From Lingula anatina (taxonomy: Eukaryota; Animalia; Brachiopoda): a stretch of 64,000 nt of DNA. Below are positions 45,095-59,893 of the stretch, piece by piece (the stretch's first letter is position 1; every line of letters begins with the position of its first letter). Location: NCBI GenBank assembly GCA_051362555.1, contig CM120643.1:25548848-25612847 (forward strand), given 5' to 3'. The notes beneath the pieces were generated by a model. That model saw only the letters and a program-made list of their open reading frames with translations, made no database searches and was not told the origin of the DNA. The translations under genes were made by a program, and so were the position numbers.

Positions 45095-45453
45095 GACGAT
45101 AATTTCGCTTTCAAAAATCGCAAAAAATGTGAAATTAAAGTCCTTGACAGTGAAAAGTCTATCAGCGTTCCCTGTGGGTGATAGGCGAATCTCCACGTGC
45201 GAAGAGATGAACTGTTGGTCCCTTGAGTGTCCCTGTCGATACGCGGTCTGTCAAGCCCGATAAGCTTATTTGGCAATCGACTTAGGCAATACGATAAAAA
45301 AGAAAATTCGTGATCCTATTAAAAATAAAATATGAGAAGTGTTCCGCTACGGCTTGAAATCTCAATCGAGTTAACTTAATCTAAACTTGTTGAATACACT
45401 ATCCTAGCCTAGTTTATCTGTCTGAGTCTACTACGGTAGTTTCGCTCGGTGTG

Positions 45454-45728
45454 TGAAGGCAAGTTCTGTCACCTGGGTTTATATATACTCCAGGCTATCT
45501 CATTATTATGTATGGCATGCGTAATGGCCCCATTTCGTCACAACCAGCTTTCATTCATGAAGCAGAAGTGAAATATTGAATGGCAAGGGGTTTACTCACT
45601 GGCGTAGTGAGCCAAAGGGAGCGGTAGTTAGTTTGTATCGTCTGCGTGACGTTACAGCACGATTTGCGTGCTTAAAATGAATGATCCCCTCAAGACGTAG
45701 TTGCGAAATGTCTCAAAGGGCCAATCAG
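45454..45728 (-). promoter_or_regulatory. TATA/Inr/CCAAT core promoter of the LamG gene
   Basis: TATATAAA on the - strand at 45478-45485, Inr-like TCAC with the A at 45454 (31 nt downstream), and NF-Y-type GGCCAATCAG at 45719-45728. No ATG occurs on the - strand in the about 360 nt between the Inr and the start codon. Confidence 0.65.
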
Positions 45729-48700
45729 AGTTCGCTACCTGATAACGCCCCCTTTTTATTGTCCATTCATAGCGGATATAGCACACGATGGTTTGCATAA
45801 TCATTGGCACGCTTGTTCATATTTTACTGACGTTTTCCTATTATTGTTGTCGGAAATTAATCCATAGGAACGACCCACCGGTTCACTTGTGATAAATATG
45901 GGAATTATTATGTTCGTCATTAGTGTCAAAAAATGCGATAAAGAACACAACATCATGAATTTTGTAAACAATGTAATGAACCCCCAAGGGGCTTATGAAA
46001 TATATAACCAAATTAAGGCCAATATAGGAATTTCTGTTTTAATGTTGATACGCAATAGCATAAAAGTAGCGTAACACAGAGTAGAAAAATTGCGGTTTTC
46101 TCAACGGGGAGTTGTAGACCGTATAACTCACACGTAACAGAGAGTTTATAACAATCAATTACGGTATTAGATTCCTAAAGTGACAGGAATTCAAGGTGCA
46201 ACTGCACCGCACAGGGAAATATACACGTTGAATGTGACGTGAAAGACTTAGGCGACTTCACCCCTAGAGAAAAGACAACAATTCTAGGGTCACATTGGTT
46301 GACTGGTCCCGCTTCCTTGTCGTTATGCTTTGCGATATTCTTTTCAAATATTTTTCAACGCTCGCTCTTTGATATGACATGTTTGACGGTGTTGATTTGG
46401 GATTTTCCTTCTTCCTCTTCCAAGAAGAATCAATGTGATCCACTGTAAACATTTTAATCGTTGTGTGTAGATATATCTCACAATTAATACCCCTTGTCCC
46501 ACCGTACCCCCTTTCAAAGAACCACAAAAAAGGTGGACCCTAACTTCTGATCAACTTTGTAATTCATGTGACGAATAGAAAAGTACTCAAACATCATTGG
46601 TGCCACGAGACACCTAAAACAAAACTAAATTCATAACTCAGATAATACCATGTTGCTGAGTAAATATTTAAGGTTGTGAATACAGTACAGTGTTAACTGA
46701 GAGAGAGTTGGCAACTCGTGTTGTTCCTACGAACGCTGTTACTACACTGTCACAGTCGTGATGACAACATGAATGACGGGCTGATGACTGGCAACGCGTG
46801 AAATGATTCTGCGTTTCTGTTGACCCATGTGGTTTTTACACAGCGTCTCCTGACTCTACAGACGGGTGTGAGCCAAATGATGTCTTCCCTTGTTTTCTTT
46901 TCTACGATGCATTTTACACTTGCATGCTTTTGGTTTTAAAAACCTGGAAGGGGGGGGGGGGTCATTTCTACTTGGCGTATTCTGTCTTTTTCGAGGATGA
47001 TGTTAGATGTTACGGTGAATCTCATACCGGTTGCTTTTTCTTTCTCACTTTTTTCTTATTTAAGTGGTCTTCTCGTCTCCGGGAGTGTTTTCACCATCTA
47101 GAACTTCTCTGGAGAGATTCACGTGCCCGTGAATCAGACAACTCATGCACCATAGTCAGGTACGAGCAAATACCGTAGGTGATAAAGGTAGACATTATTC
47201 ACCACAAAGTATAGCCTATCTTTAACCCGACTATGTGATAAAGCCGGCTAATTGTAGAGTTAAGGTGGGGTCCTCCCGCGCTTGTGGGTTTCTCCAACCG
47301 CAGCTTGTTTACACTGCCCAGGGTCCGCTTTCGATTTGGAGCGCAAGGTCATGCTTGCCGTGAGATCCCCAATAATCGTGGTGACACGTACAGTGTAGGT
47401 GGTATGAATTTGCGAGATTCAGATTAATTGGAATTTACTTTCATTGCCAACGTTATGCCATACATGGAAATGAGACTTAATTTTGATGAGTGATCTCGCA
47501 AAGCCATGTTGGTTTTCATGATGTATAAAAATGTAAATGCTACACTCGAATTAGTCAGTGTCATCTCTGTCTTTAATTCTCGTTAGTAAGTCTCGATATC
47601 CGAACCAGTTTTGTTTTAATCACACGCAGCGTTTTAACGAGACCACAAAACCGACCGAGCGTGACTTAAGGATAAATGCTCCGCCTGGGAGATTGTTTTA
47701 GAAAATATTTGTTCCAGGCTTTCTGCCATATATTACCTTTCTCCTTACGTAATAATATACAAATACAAATACAAAACAGTAGAAATCAGTCTACGGGATT
47801 TTAGGTCAGTGATAGACAACATTTAATACTGCATGGACAGCTGAAGAGGCAGTGATCACAAACCTGTCTGTCTGTCTGTCTGTCTGCCTGCCCGTCCACC
47901 CTCCCCCCAGCCTTCTGTGTCTTCTGTCTGTCTGTTTGTCTGCCTGCCGGTCTGTTTGTTTGTCTGTTTGTTCGTCCGTCAATCTGTAATTGTCTGTCAA
48001 TGGATCAATCGTATACAGATACAACGTAACGAGTACATATTTTGGCGAACATTTACCTGAGTATGCAAAAATGTCAAAAAAAAATGTTAAAATGAAAGGA
48101 TTATCAAGTACACAAAGACCCAAATAGTAATTCAAACAAAAGGTCAACGTTCTTGTTTACAACTAAAGATCTGGGCGAAAGCTAACAAGGAGGTTGACGT
48201 AAACCAGATCATCCCGTTTTAAGCACGTTCTTTGGAATTTTATAAACAACATCTTCTATAAGCTCATAATAGAATATTTGTTGGGGTTTGTTTGTTTGCT
48301 TTGACACGATTGGGTGGCCGATTGACGGCTAGGTAGGTTTTCCCAGAACTGATGTTCTGATAACGGACACTAGATTTTTTTCTTCTGAAAACCAGATCAT
48401 CCCTCCTGCTGCATCTGAAATAGGAACCGAATAAAATTTGGTTTTTATTAGGAACTAGTTATCAACCCCACTTTCATCTCTGCTCCATGTGGTGGTTTTA
48501 TCCTCGACAAACATTTGAAAGCCGTTTTTACATATTATATACAGTACATGTATGTATTAAATTAATGTTTTAATTTTAAATATAAATATTTACCCCCATT
48601 AAGGACACAGCACACTGATGATCTGTGTCATTTGGGGCTGTCACGCTGAGATGATGGTATCATAGTTTCGCTTGTATTCATCCTTCTAGGAAATAAGATG

Positions 48701-51700
48701 GTCAAACCTTTAAGAACTCACGATTAAAAAACATTACTATTTGGCCAGTGCCACTTAAAACAACCCCAAAATTTTCACCACGGTCGGTTCACGCAAATGA
48801 AAAGACAAAAAGAAAGAATGACAGAAGGAAAGAAGGGAAAAAAGATTGACCCCCCCCCCCCCCCTTAAAAAATCTTATGCTCATGCAACCGACCCCCTGT
48901 TCAGGTGGCCTGATGTAGGCAATATCCAAGGTGCTAAGCACATGTATAATGTTTGTGTGCATATGTATTTGGAAATACTTGACGAACAAATCGTAAGAGA
49001 TATGTGAACAGATTTATATTGATAGGTGACATGTGTCAAGCTTTTTGGTACAGAAACGAGATTGATGTCCGGCAGGGATACAACTTGGTGACAACTGGAT
49101 CGCCTCCAAATCTGCCCTTTGTCAGAGTCACAGATTGATTTTTCACTAGATATTCACATATATGGCTCTGGCTAATTCTTCAAACCTTTCTCTACTGACC
49201 AGAGAGAATTTGTATCCGGAATCCATATTATCACTGAGCTGGTTTCTGGTATATAATATATCTAATCCATTCTATACAATGGTCAGTTAGGTAGGGGGAA
49301 GCTAAGGACCCTTCTCACCAACATCAGTATTGCACGGGGGGGTGGTGGGGGGGGGTAGTTAGGAATCGGCCGCCTCCTATTTGGCCCTGCGGCTTTTTCT
49401 TAAGCTCTCCTCTATTTTAAAATTGTAAATGGTTTTAGATTTCTCTCTGCTACAAAACATGTAAGTGATTTCTATCACATTTGAGTGGTATGAAACAATA
49501 TGTATATCTCAAAATATAATTATTTGTCAAATATATGAGCAGTCACGTATGCAGAGAAACTGGCAGACGACTGTACGCTCTCTTGGCAGTCTGCCAGCAC
49601 ACACAAACCACGTCCTAACCGCCCGACGACCGCGTGCTCTTTATAAAATGATATAAAAGGTAAAACTGGCACCAATTTTGTATACCTGAAGCTTATCGAG
49701 ACATTACATCGAGGCGTTTAAAAGATCCAGGGTAAAATATACCAAAATGTGGTTAAGAGTAGGGAAGAACTTGCATAATGGGTTTGAATGATTGAGGGGA
49801 CATATCTTTATCTTAGCGGTGAAGACGTTTCGATCTGTGACCCTATCTTCGGGATCGGTTTGGCATTTTTGATCTCACTGGGGAATTTGTGGGTAATTTC
49901 ACCGATGAAAAAAAAACCACAGGCATTTGGCAGTCTGATCGAATATCGGCATCTGATTCCATGATTACTCCCCTAAGTTTTGTCATCATTTGATTTCTTC
50001 ATAGAGATATTTTTAGAATTGAAATCCTATGAACCCAAACATTTTTACGAATTCAAATTAGGTAATGTAATATGACTTAAAGGTTGTTGCGGATGAGTCA
50101 ACTACTCACGATCTTACCTCCCCCCTTCTCTCTCTCTCTCTCTCTCTTGTTTCTATTTCTTTTATTTCTTTGACTGGAAGGCGAAAAAGTGAACCATGCA
50201 ATATTGCATAAATGGTCTCAGCACTTTCATTCCACCCAATGCCTATCACTCCAACAAAATAAAACTTTGATTTCGACTTCTTATTTTCACGTGCTCTGGC
50301 CACGTTTCACCAGCAAATCACGCACATGCATGACTACAGTACAACGTGCTGCGCGTGTCAGCACGCTCTCGGCGAGCCGACACTTCGTTGAGAGCGAGCT
50401 GCCACACGGGCCTGCCAAGACTGGAGTAGTACCTGAGACTTGGGTAAAGCCCCCATGACACGGCTCGTGAAGTGTAGAGCGGTACACTCGTCACATACTA
50501 CTGTACATGTAGATAAGGAAGTAGGACGATTAAGAATCGATTTGGGGGTCGCAAGAGGCTATTGAACAGCACTTATGTGGTTTGCCGTGCATATTAACCG
50601 TATATACACCTGGGTGAGTGTCCTCGACATGGGGCTCGTAAGGAGTGGCAGCCGTCCACGGGCACCTGTGAATGAAAAAATGTTTGCCTGGGAGGGGGGG
50701 GGGGTAAGTTTGAGGTTTAATGAACGATAAAAGATAACGAAAAGCAAAACGTCAATTGGTTTTATCACCATTCGTTGTTATTAGTTATTGCAGTATACGT
50801 AATTATAAAATATCTCTTGTCAATTTTTTACCTCATGTTTGTTTCGTAAATAAACGAATATGAGGTTTAGAAAGATAGTAAACAGTAAATGCATGAATTA
50901 GTTTTTGTCCCATTTAGCTTTTTACAAACAAATAAGCTTGTGTAAACTGCAATTAAGCTGGATTCTTAAGAAAATATAAAAAAATGCAACTTAAAATTGG
51001 CACTAAGTAAATAAACACACTTAATGAAAACTCTAAATATTGATGCTTATGCTGAAGAAAAAAAACATACACAACACAGTTTTGTTTTTTCACGCACCCT
51101 TTTATAGGAATAATATTTGAATGCCAACCCCAGGAGAGCAACACAAGGAAAGAAATCTTTCCAGTGACCAATTATATATCCCCTACATCAAGTTTGCCCA
51201 CGTTCTTGAGGTCCTCAAAGACTCTTGAGATTGTCAACTAACACGTATCTGAGTGGCACTGTAGTTTTGACACATGGTTGTAAGGATTTAATGAAAGACC
51301 GGACAACCAAACTTTCACAACAACTCAGAGAATAGAGGAATGTTAAGCGTTCCGTTAGAAACTGCGTCATAGAGCTGCTCACGCCTGTTGTTTGATTGGG
51401 GAGATTTACACTGGAGTTTAGTTTTAAACGAACTTACAAAAACACGCATTACGGAAATTTCGAAAACATTTAACATTACGAAATTGTCCAGAACCCTGTG
51501 TTGATAGAGAGGAATAAGTTAAAATCGCCCGACTTTGTGAAGTATTTTTTAAATCATTCCTTTGTGATAAATATTTTGCGTTTGGGTTGAGTATTTGCAG
51601 GTATCTGTACCCAATCACACATGCACCCTATTTCGAAATGTCTGGAAACATGCGAGTATGAAAGGTGTTCAATTATATTTCTAAACATGGTTTCAGAATT

Positions 51701-54700
51701 AACATAAGTGTACTCTAGAGATACTAATTTGCTCATCACCTTATTTGACTTTATTAGAAGCACCAAAATTCAAAGACTGCAAAAAAGGCTAGCTTTAAAC
51801 AAAACATGGAATGCACGAGAAATGTAATATGAAACTGACAGTTGTATCTGAGGAAACGATATCTATACTGCGATCAAAATCCTTTTCAATGGAGTATATG
51901 CCTGCCAACATATACGTTACCTGAGCGGTTACGGTCCATGATCCATGGATGAATGCACTGCAATGCACATAAAAGAAGTTTATAACAAAGTGCAATTAGT
52001 GGGTGGGTGGAAACCTCTCTCTCTCTCTCGTTACTCTGAAATTTATAGCAGTCTTATCAATTTCATTATAAAAGACGCCGAGGCTACTTGAGACGCTGTC
52101 CATCAATGACGCTGCGGTTTCGTTGTCCTGGAACATGACAGTCACCCACGTAAAATTTTCGGGTTTCAGCGAAGCGTCTTTTCATTTCGCTGTTTTACAA
52201 GGACACAGTGGTCTTGGTAAGCCTACAAGCAAATTTTAGCATTCGACGAATTTCTTATCAAATTAATTCAAGTTTATTTTTATCAAATTATCTGAATGCA
52301 CCGTCATGATTCTACAAAAAATAACAAAGTTCACTCACCACTGTATTTTAAATGGTCACGATTATACGCCTTCGTTGCAATCGATCCACAACTCCCATTT
52401 TGTTACGCTTGTGAAAAATTGATTTTCGGAGTCACGAAATTGTATTGCCCACGCCTTATTAGCCGCTGTAACGACACACACGACTTTGTGTAAAAACAGT
52501 GAGTCAATTATGACAATTGATTCTTTAACTTAACAAATGTATGATAGGCTTTATGGTGTTAAAAAGGATATAAAACTTAAATATTTTGCGTGTGAGGGTG
52601 CGCCACTGGTGAGAACAGCATTCAGTAGTTTTCAGTGCTTGGCTGTGGCCTATATTATTAATTGAATACTACAATATGTGACCAGGTGCCGGAGAGAGAG
52701 AAAAAGAACAGTTGCAAATCGACGGAGACGGTCTCCAAATATTGAAAATGTTTATTTTACTGGAATAATGCAAATATGCCTCACATATATTCTATTTTGT
52801 CAACGTTTCTTTTTTTCTTTCCTTCTTTTTCTGTACAGTTAGGCAATTTTCAATCTTCATACTTAAAACTTGAGTCACAGCCATTTGCATGTGCTTGTTC
52901 ATCATCAACGCTTACCATGGTTTGTAACAAAATTTGTAATTCACCAGCCATGTATGTGGAAGATAAATGTACAATAAACAACGGCTATATACAATGCACA
53001 TGAGGCTCTATTGGGGAAAATGAAGAATTGAGAAAGAGGGGGAGGGGGAGGGGAAGGGGTGTTATCGGACTGTTCTTGTCCAGTAGCTCTCCTCAAGATC
53101 CCACTCCAATACAATGCATTATAGATACTATTAATGTTTCTGGCTATTATAAGGCAGGCAGTTTTGATGATATATAATATCTGTTTTTTCTTCTACTAAA
53201 TTTAATCTTGTGGTGTACGTAGATAACAAGCATGAGTGCTTCTGACGAAGACGCGGTGGCGTCTTCATTACAACTTTAACAGCTAGTAAAAGACTGTAGA
53301 AAGTGTTATAAGGATACCGTATGTTTAATAATTTCTAAACTTTGTGTACATTACCATTAATGGTAATGATTGATGTGCATGTACTATCAGCAATTTATTC
53401 CTGTTCCACGAACTCTTCTGTGGAGGAAATGTTAGATTCCAGCACCACGTGACAATGTTTCAGGAAGAAAGTTAAACTTTTCCTCCTAGACTGACAAGGA
53501 AGAATGGCGTTCCTTCTTTGCGTAGTTTATGTGACGTTGGTTTAATATCCTTGTTAAATCAAGCGTGGGGGTCTGTTTTTATGTGTGTGCGTGCGTTTGC
53601 GTGAATGAGTGTACGCGTGCGTGCATGCGTGTATGTGTGTATAAGAGACAGAGAGAGGGTAGGCCTACATGTGGTGCGCGTACATGCACGTAGTGTAAAC
53701 CTATAGCCGAATAGCCTTATAATATTTTTTTTTTAATTTCGACGAAACATTATCAGATTTTCAAATAATTTTGTCTGGCTGACTGCATCAACTAACGTGA
53801 AATAACATCAGATTGTCGGGGCACATTCTTTATCACAAGGCTTCTATTTTTCGAACTTTTGTCTCGTCATCAGCGTGTAACGTATGCGGGTTGATATGCA
53901 ACATGCCTGTAAATCTAACTCGACATTTAGGTAATTTTTCTACCAGCTTTGAGCCCTCAAACCTTCACCCTCTCTGCTTATTCAGACACTGAATGCTGAC
54001 GTGCTACAGAATTTTTGTGACACGCCGAAGCCCTTGCTCAATAAATCTTAAATGGCAGCATTTTGCTTAAATGGCAGAAATGACAAAATGATAGTTGTTA
54101 AGTCCCCGACAAAGTTGTCATAATTCAGTACGACCCCTGTAATTATGCCGCCCTTCCCACCCTGACAACACAAACGTACGCCAGCACCCACTGGTACAGC
54201 GTAGTCAGGTTCCAGGCTTGCCCTGACTGTCATTGAAAAAATTTAAAACCTAACTTGTCACGACCTCAGAACGTCGTCTTCATGAGACAGATTGTAGATT
54301 GTAGTTTTAACTTCTCTTAATGGTTTCTTATCGACACTTTTTTTATCATTTTGGCACGTGAAGACTATTTACCTATTTGACACAAAATTGATCAGAGCGA
54401 AGTAAAACTTTTTTTACTAAAAAAGACATTTCGTAATGGCCATTCCATTCGTGAATCGACGGTTTTCGGTGCTCATTTTTCATCCTTTTTTTCCCGTAAA
54501 AGAGCATATCTCATTTTCAATTTTCTTCCCCCAAAACAGAATTTCTTTAATAGAAAACAATATGGGTGCGACGGTCTGGTCACGAACTGTTTAAGGCACG
54601 CTACACCAGAGATCTAACACGTTGTTTATACTGAGTGCGTGCATTCGGGGCAGGGCGAGGCTGTCCACTCAGGCTAACCAAAGACACGTGTTTTTACTTT

Positions 54701-57700
54701 TATTATTATTTCAAAACAATGAGAAAGAAAAATTACGGAAAAACAGGAAGCTCGCTCTGCCTGGACTTCTATTTGTTTCCTTGTAAGATTTCTATATTTT
54801 AAAATCGTGGCTGGTAACGTAGGTCATTTTTTTTCGAATCGTAATTCCTTCTTAACCAAGAGATTAAAATATCACGATGCGTCTTGACTGGGTGGAGCTG
54901 GGACTGTGATGGGGCCTCATAGCAATATCGTCTGCTTTGAGAGGTGTACGTGACTTCGTACAACAGATGTATGCAAGGCTCTGTCTCAGCGTGCGTGAGA
55001 GCATTTGTAGCAGTCGCTCAGTGAATGTGAGGGGACGGGCCGGCGTGGTACGTCAACCTAAGGGCAGTTTAATCTAAATTGGGGAGAATAGAAGAAAATA
55101 AAGACGCAGTGCGATCGCCTTCGCGCACCGTTTTTTGTCGAGACAAATTTGATACAATTATAGAGAGATGATGTGCTATCGATACGTGACATAATGGTGA
55201 CTTGTCACGGATTGACTCACGCGCTGAAGCTTACTATACATTGTAAACACACATGTTGGCACGCGATTGTTATAAAGCTCCAAATGTTCCAAAGACAGCA
55301 AAGTCAACACTGCATCGACCAGGCGTAAACGGTCGAGCGCCGACCGGATTCGTGGATTGGTGATTTTATTGTGTTTCTTCGGCAAAACATCGGCGCGTGT
55401 CAATGAAGTCAAAGTAAGTCGATTTAGACGACACCCCAGCGTTTAAACAGACGGTTTCTCAAAGCAAATATGGAACCGTCGTGCGTGAGGTAACTCTTGA
55501 TAACCCGCCTAACGTGCGCGCTTGCTCATGGTACTGCGGTGTAAGAAATGCGGTAATGAGGAGAGACTGATTTTAACGGATATCTCCCGTGCACGCACAG
55601 CGCCATGAGACATGAAATAAATGATTTGGAAGGAAATTTGATATTTGCAGGAGTAAAATCAAATTGAAAATTGAGGAGGATGAATACCAATCGAGACGGG
55701 GCGGGGGGGAGGGGGGGGATGGGGGGGGGGTTAGGGGGTAATTTCTCATTGCAAAATCAACCCTATTACGCAGACTAGGAAGTATCTTGTCTAACCGTAT
55801 AAACATTACTTTTATTCGATTTCTCTTCGAAGCGTTCCATATTTATCACAAAGAGCATTTTAAAGGAAAGAATTTGCAGAGGCATTTCTGTATTGTAAGA
55901 TGTCACTATTTCAGTTTGACTAACCCGTGGTAAGGGCCTTGATACTTGAGCAATGCGATGGCTGCGTCAGAAAATCACATTAACTAAACAAAAGATAAAA
56001 CAGTACGTGAAATATAAAAGATATATCCACTTTAATGACAGTGCTTAAGTGTGTGTAGGACACATCTTAATATGTATTTTTAAAATATTGAGAAAAAAAT
56101 TAGGAACTATGGCAAATCATGGGATTTTTTCCATCATAAATCCACATGTACAATATACTATATTTTCAATCGTCAAGTACGAAAGCCCGCCAAAATCTTT
56201 ATCAGCAGAGTTTGACGTCTAACAAATTCAGCTCATTGTCTGCGTGCTTTCTTTAAGTTAACCAATTGATGAAAAACACGTCCTTCTATTCTGGGATTTC
56301 CTGTTATCGTGGTTATATTCACATATCCTACAAGGGACAAAGTAAAGGGGAACCGTTTTCTATTTTTTAACAGGTCAATATAAATAAGATAGATAAAAGT
56401 ACAGTAGAGCAGCCGTACACGTGTATGTGCGTCCGCGCGCACACACACAAACACGTTAGTGCGAACACAATCGCGAATACATAAAGACAGGTTAATACAT
56501 ACAGGTGCTCACTTACGAGACTTTGATTAAAGACTTATTTTGGTCCGTGTTCGTGATTGGGTTGGAAAGCAAGGTTGATTGATAAGAAAGTTTAATTTCT
56601 CCACTTCTGCCGTTCAACAGAAAAAGATACGAATTTGACGCTGTCTAAATATGAAGACAGACAAAAGTTAATCGTTAGATAAAGGGTAAATCTGTACTAA
56701 ACTTTGTCAAGTACTGGGGCTACTACGTCTCCTTCTTCGTTGATGTGAGTTGATCACTAAAATGTGCCAAATACTACCAAATTCTATAGTCTAAAATTAT
56801 ATAGTCATGGCCGACTTTGTAAAATAGATAGTTGCTTAGCTAGACGGGCCTACCATTCACTTTACTTTTGCCCCCGCCACCCTTCCCCAAACCAGCCAGT
56901 CAGAAATAATCTGGAATAGCTGTGTTCTGTCTCTTCACCCCCCTCCCCATCCCCATCCCCATGAGTCAGGTGAACCGTTATGTGGCCCAGTGATCTGTTG
57001 ATCTGTGCCATCGTGTTATTCTCAGCCAGAGGCAGGCGATGACACTCCGTACGTGACCAGCACAGGTGCAACAACCGGCCAGGTGTTCCCCAGAAATGCC
57101 ACTGCGGACACGTGCGCCGGTCAAACAACTCGCCGATCTAACGGTTAAGGTATTTGTTGTCACGGACAGACACATGCCAGCGACATGCCAACTCCTTGAG
57201 ATACTGGGAGATTCGAGTCTCCTGCACGCGCAGCGAGCGTCACCGCGGGCGACATTCACAGGTGTCACCGTGTGTCCTGCAAAGGGGTTCGAACAAATGC
57301 TCGCGTTCACACGGCAACGTGGATGTTTGGAACGACTAGAATTGCTTTTCATTACAATAACTGCTACTGAAAACGTTTGCATGACTTTGATTTTAACCAA
57401 TCTATCTTGATTGATCCCAGTACATTTTACAATGGCTATGACCTTAAAATAACACAATACAACAATGACACATGCTAACCCATAATGAAGGCACATTAAC
57501 ATACATTATACAACTGGTAGTACACCTCGGAACATCAAAAACTGCAAGACGTGCTGTTGTGAGTTTGTCTCAAAATGCAAATTAAAAAACAAAAACTGGC
57601 TCAATTTATTCAGATTATACTTACATGCTCAGCAAGTGCGTTTGTGTTTATTGTGTTTGTGCCCCTATCTCTAAAACGTGCTGTTACAGATCTGACGAGT

Positions 57701-59557
57701 ACTTTTACTAGACCTACTATTTTCGTCTATTTGGTTTAGGGTTCATCAATTATAATCTTCATTTCCACAGGTCCGCACACTGTGCGCTGGTAGAGGGGGG
57801 GGTTAATACCCTCTGTACACTTTTTAAAAATAATAAAAATGATGATCCCAATAGCTGTCAAAGGCTATCATTTTTAGCTTTTCATCTTTTACTTTCTAGT
57901 AAGAGGGTGAGGGGTCCGGAAGTATTCTACTCTTTGCAGACTTGTGGAAATGATGATAAAAATGGATGGCCCCATAGATATGACAGAGCGTTAACGTGAG
58001 GACAAAACTGGAGAGGGACGATTGGTCTTGGAATAACGAGCTGTGTGAACCGAGCCATACACTCCCCATTTCGTGCTGCACCGGCGGGTTTTCGGGTGAC
58101 CCTCCAGGCCTTTCATTAATTAACAGGTTCGCCACAGTTTTTGGCGGATTATCACCACTTCCAGTTTTTGGTCATACGGCAATATGTGACCGTTTTTAGG
58201 TCAGTTTATACATGTATGTCCTCGATTTCTGTCATATTTTTTTCGTTTCTTCAACTCCCCATCATTTCTACCGTTTTTTGCACTCTTTCATGATTTTACT
58301 TTATTTTTATGGGAGAGGGAGAGTGGGGGTCGGTGAATGAATATTTCTAAATACTTGTGTGGCTTTTAAAATCTTATTTTTTATTCTTTCAATCGCTTGA
58401 AATTATGGATTCAGTGGATGAAAAAAGCTACGGAATTAAGGCTCATGCAATTAAATTGGACATTACACCAATATTGTTATTTTTATGTTTACACATTTGG
58501 TCACCTTCATAATTCAAAGTAGATATTAGCTGCGCTATGAATGAAATCGGGGCAATAGTTTGGACATAATGGCGGATCCTAGTTTTATTTGGACAGTGTT
58601 AAGCTGTGAACCTTTACTTCGTTGAAAAGTGATATGTAAGCAAGCAGTTCACCGCTGTTCACCTAATGCACTTTCACATATTTTTTATTGAACATATTTC
58701 ACTCAGTTTTTGTCATTTTTTTTTCTTAGCAAGGAAGCTGATATTAATAAAGAATGAACACTACACTTTTTTCTTGCTATGACGTAGAAAAATTCTGAGT
58801 ATGCAACGGGGACAAATAACGAGAATTATGACGGAGAAACCGCTTCTCATATTAAAATCACGCTTCAGTGCCTTCTGTGCCCCTATAGAATTCGGAAACC
58901 CTCCCTCTCCCCTCCTCTTCAATAACCCTTTTGTACTCTTGTGGTTCACCTGTACACTTCTGCGGTGCTCGGGACACATTTAACAGTCATTAATTACAGC
59001 TCATGGTCAATATTTATGTCCTTATTATTAATATCATTTCAACAGAAGGACACACTTTATTGGATCCGGGCAAATTAAGTGCTATGTTGACTCAGTGTCC
59101 TGGGTAGAGACCCCCCTCTCTTTTCACGGTCATGGAAATACTCACCTGTCCCGAGTGAGCGATCAGGGTTGCTATCAGAATGTAAACATTGGAGGGGTCA
59201 TTCGGTGCACAGGATGTACACACCACCGATGAAATATACGAGTGTGAAATCTACGTGGGGATTCGCTCGGGTGCGACAAGGACAATATTTATTATGCGCC
59301 TAATTTCTGTAATTTGTAAACGGGCGGACGTAATGGGTTTTAAAGGACAGTGCCAGACCGTGAAAATGATTTCCGGGCCGGGACATAGTGTAAATTATAC
59401 TGTTGCACAGGGTCGGATGTACTTTCTGGGTCAATTCCCTGAGGAGTGCATTAACTTGATTATTCAGATATAGTAAGAATAATCTTTTAGGTTTTTGTAT
59501 CATTGAAATGTGTCAATTTCAATTTTCATGAAGAAAGCAATAATTTATATCAGTTAA

Positions 59558-59893
59558 AGGGATAATAACTCTTCGTTTTGGCCAAAAAAGAATTATCCTG
59601 GAGTAAACAACAATTTTCTTATACTTACCAATGGTTAATGAATCCATTTTTACATTCAAAGTTAGTCCCTGGTTTTTTTCTAAAAAGTTTGGTTTTTTGT
59701 TAAATTCTCTTAAGAGATTTCAACAGAGTACAGCCATCAATGGAGGTCACATGGTCTAAAGGCAAGCTCAGATATCAGAATAATAGCTATAACTGCCGTT
59801 TTCGTGGTAAAACAGAATATATTATATTTCTATGAGTTGTTTACAATGTTTTTATTGTGAAATATATATTTCATACGAAGAGTTATTATCCCT
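59558..59893. mobile_element. Kolobok/T2-type MITE, copy 2 (inverted relative to 19208-19542)
   Basis: TTAA|AGGGATAATAACTCTTCGT...ACGAAGAGTTATTATCCCT|TTAA. The internal sequence is the reverse complement of copy 1. Confidence 0.88.

Noticed and set aside
56862-57502. Overlapping 114-174 aa ORFs
   Set aside because: ORFs in several frames over a GC-richer patch, with no domain motifs or consistent exon boundaries.
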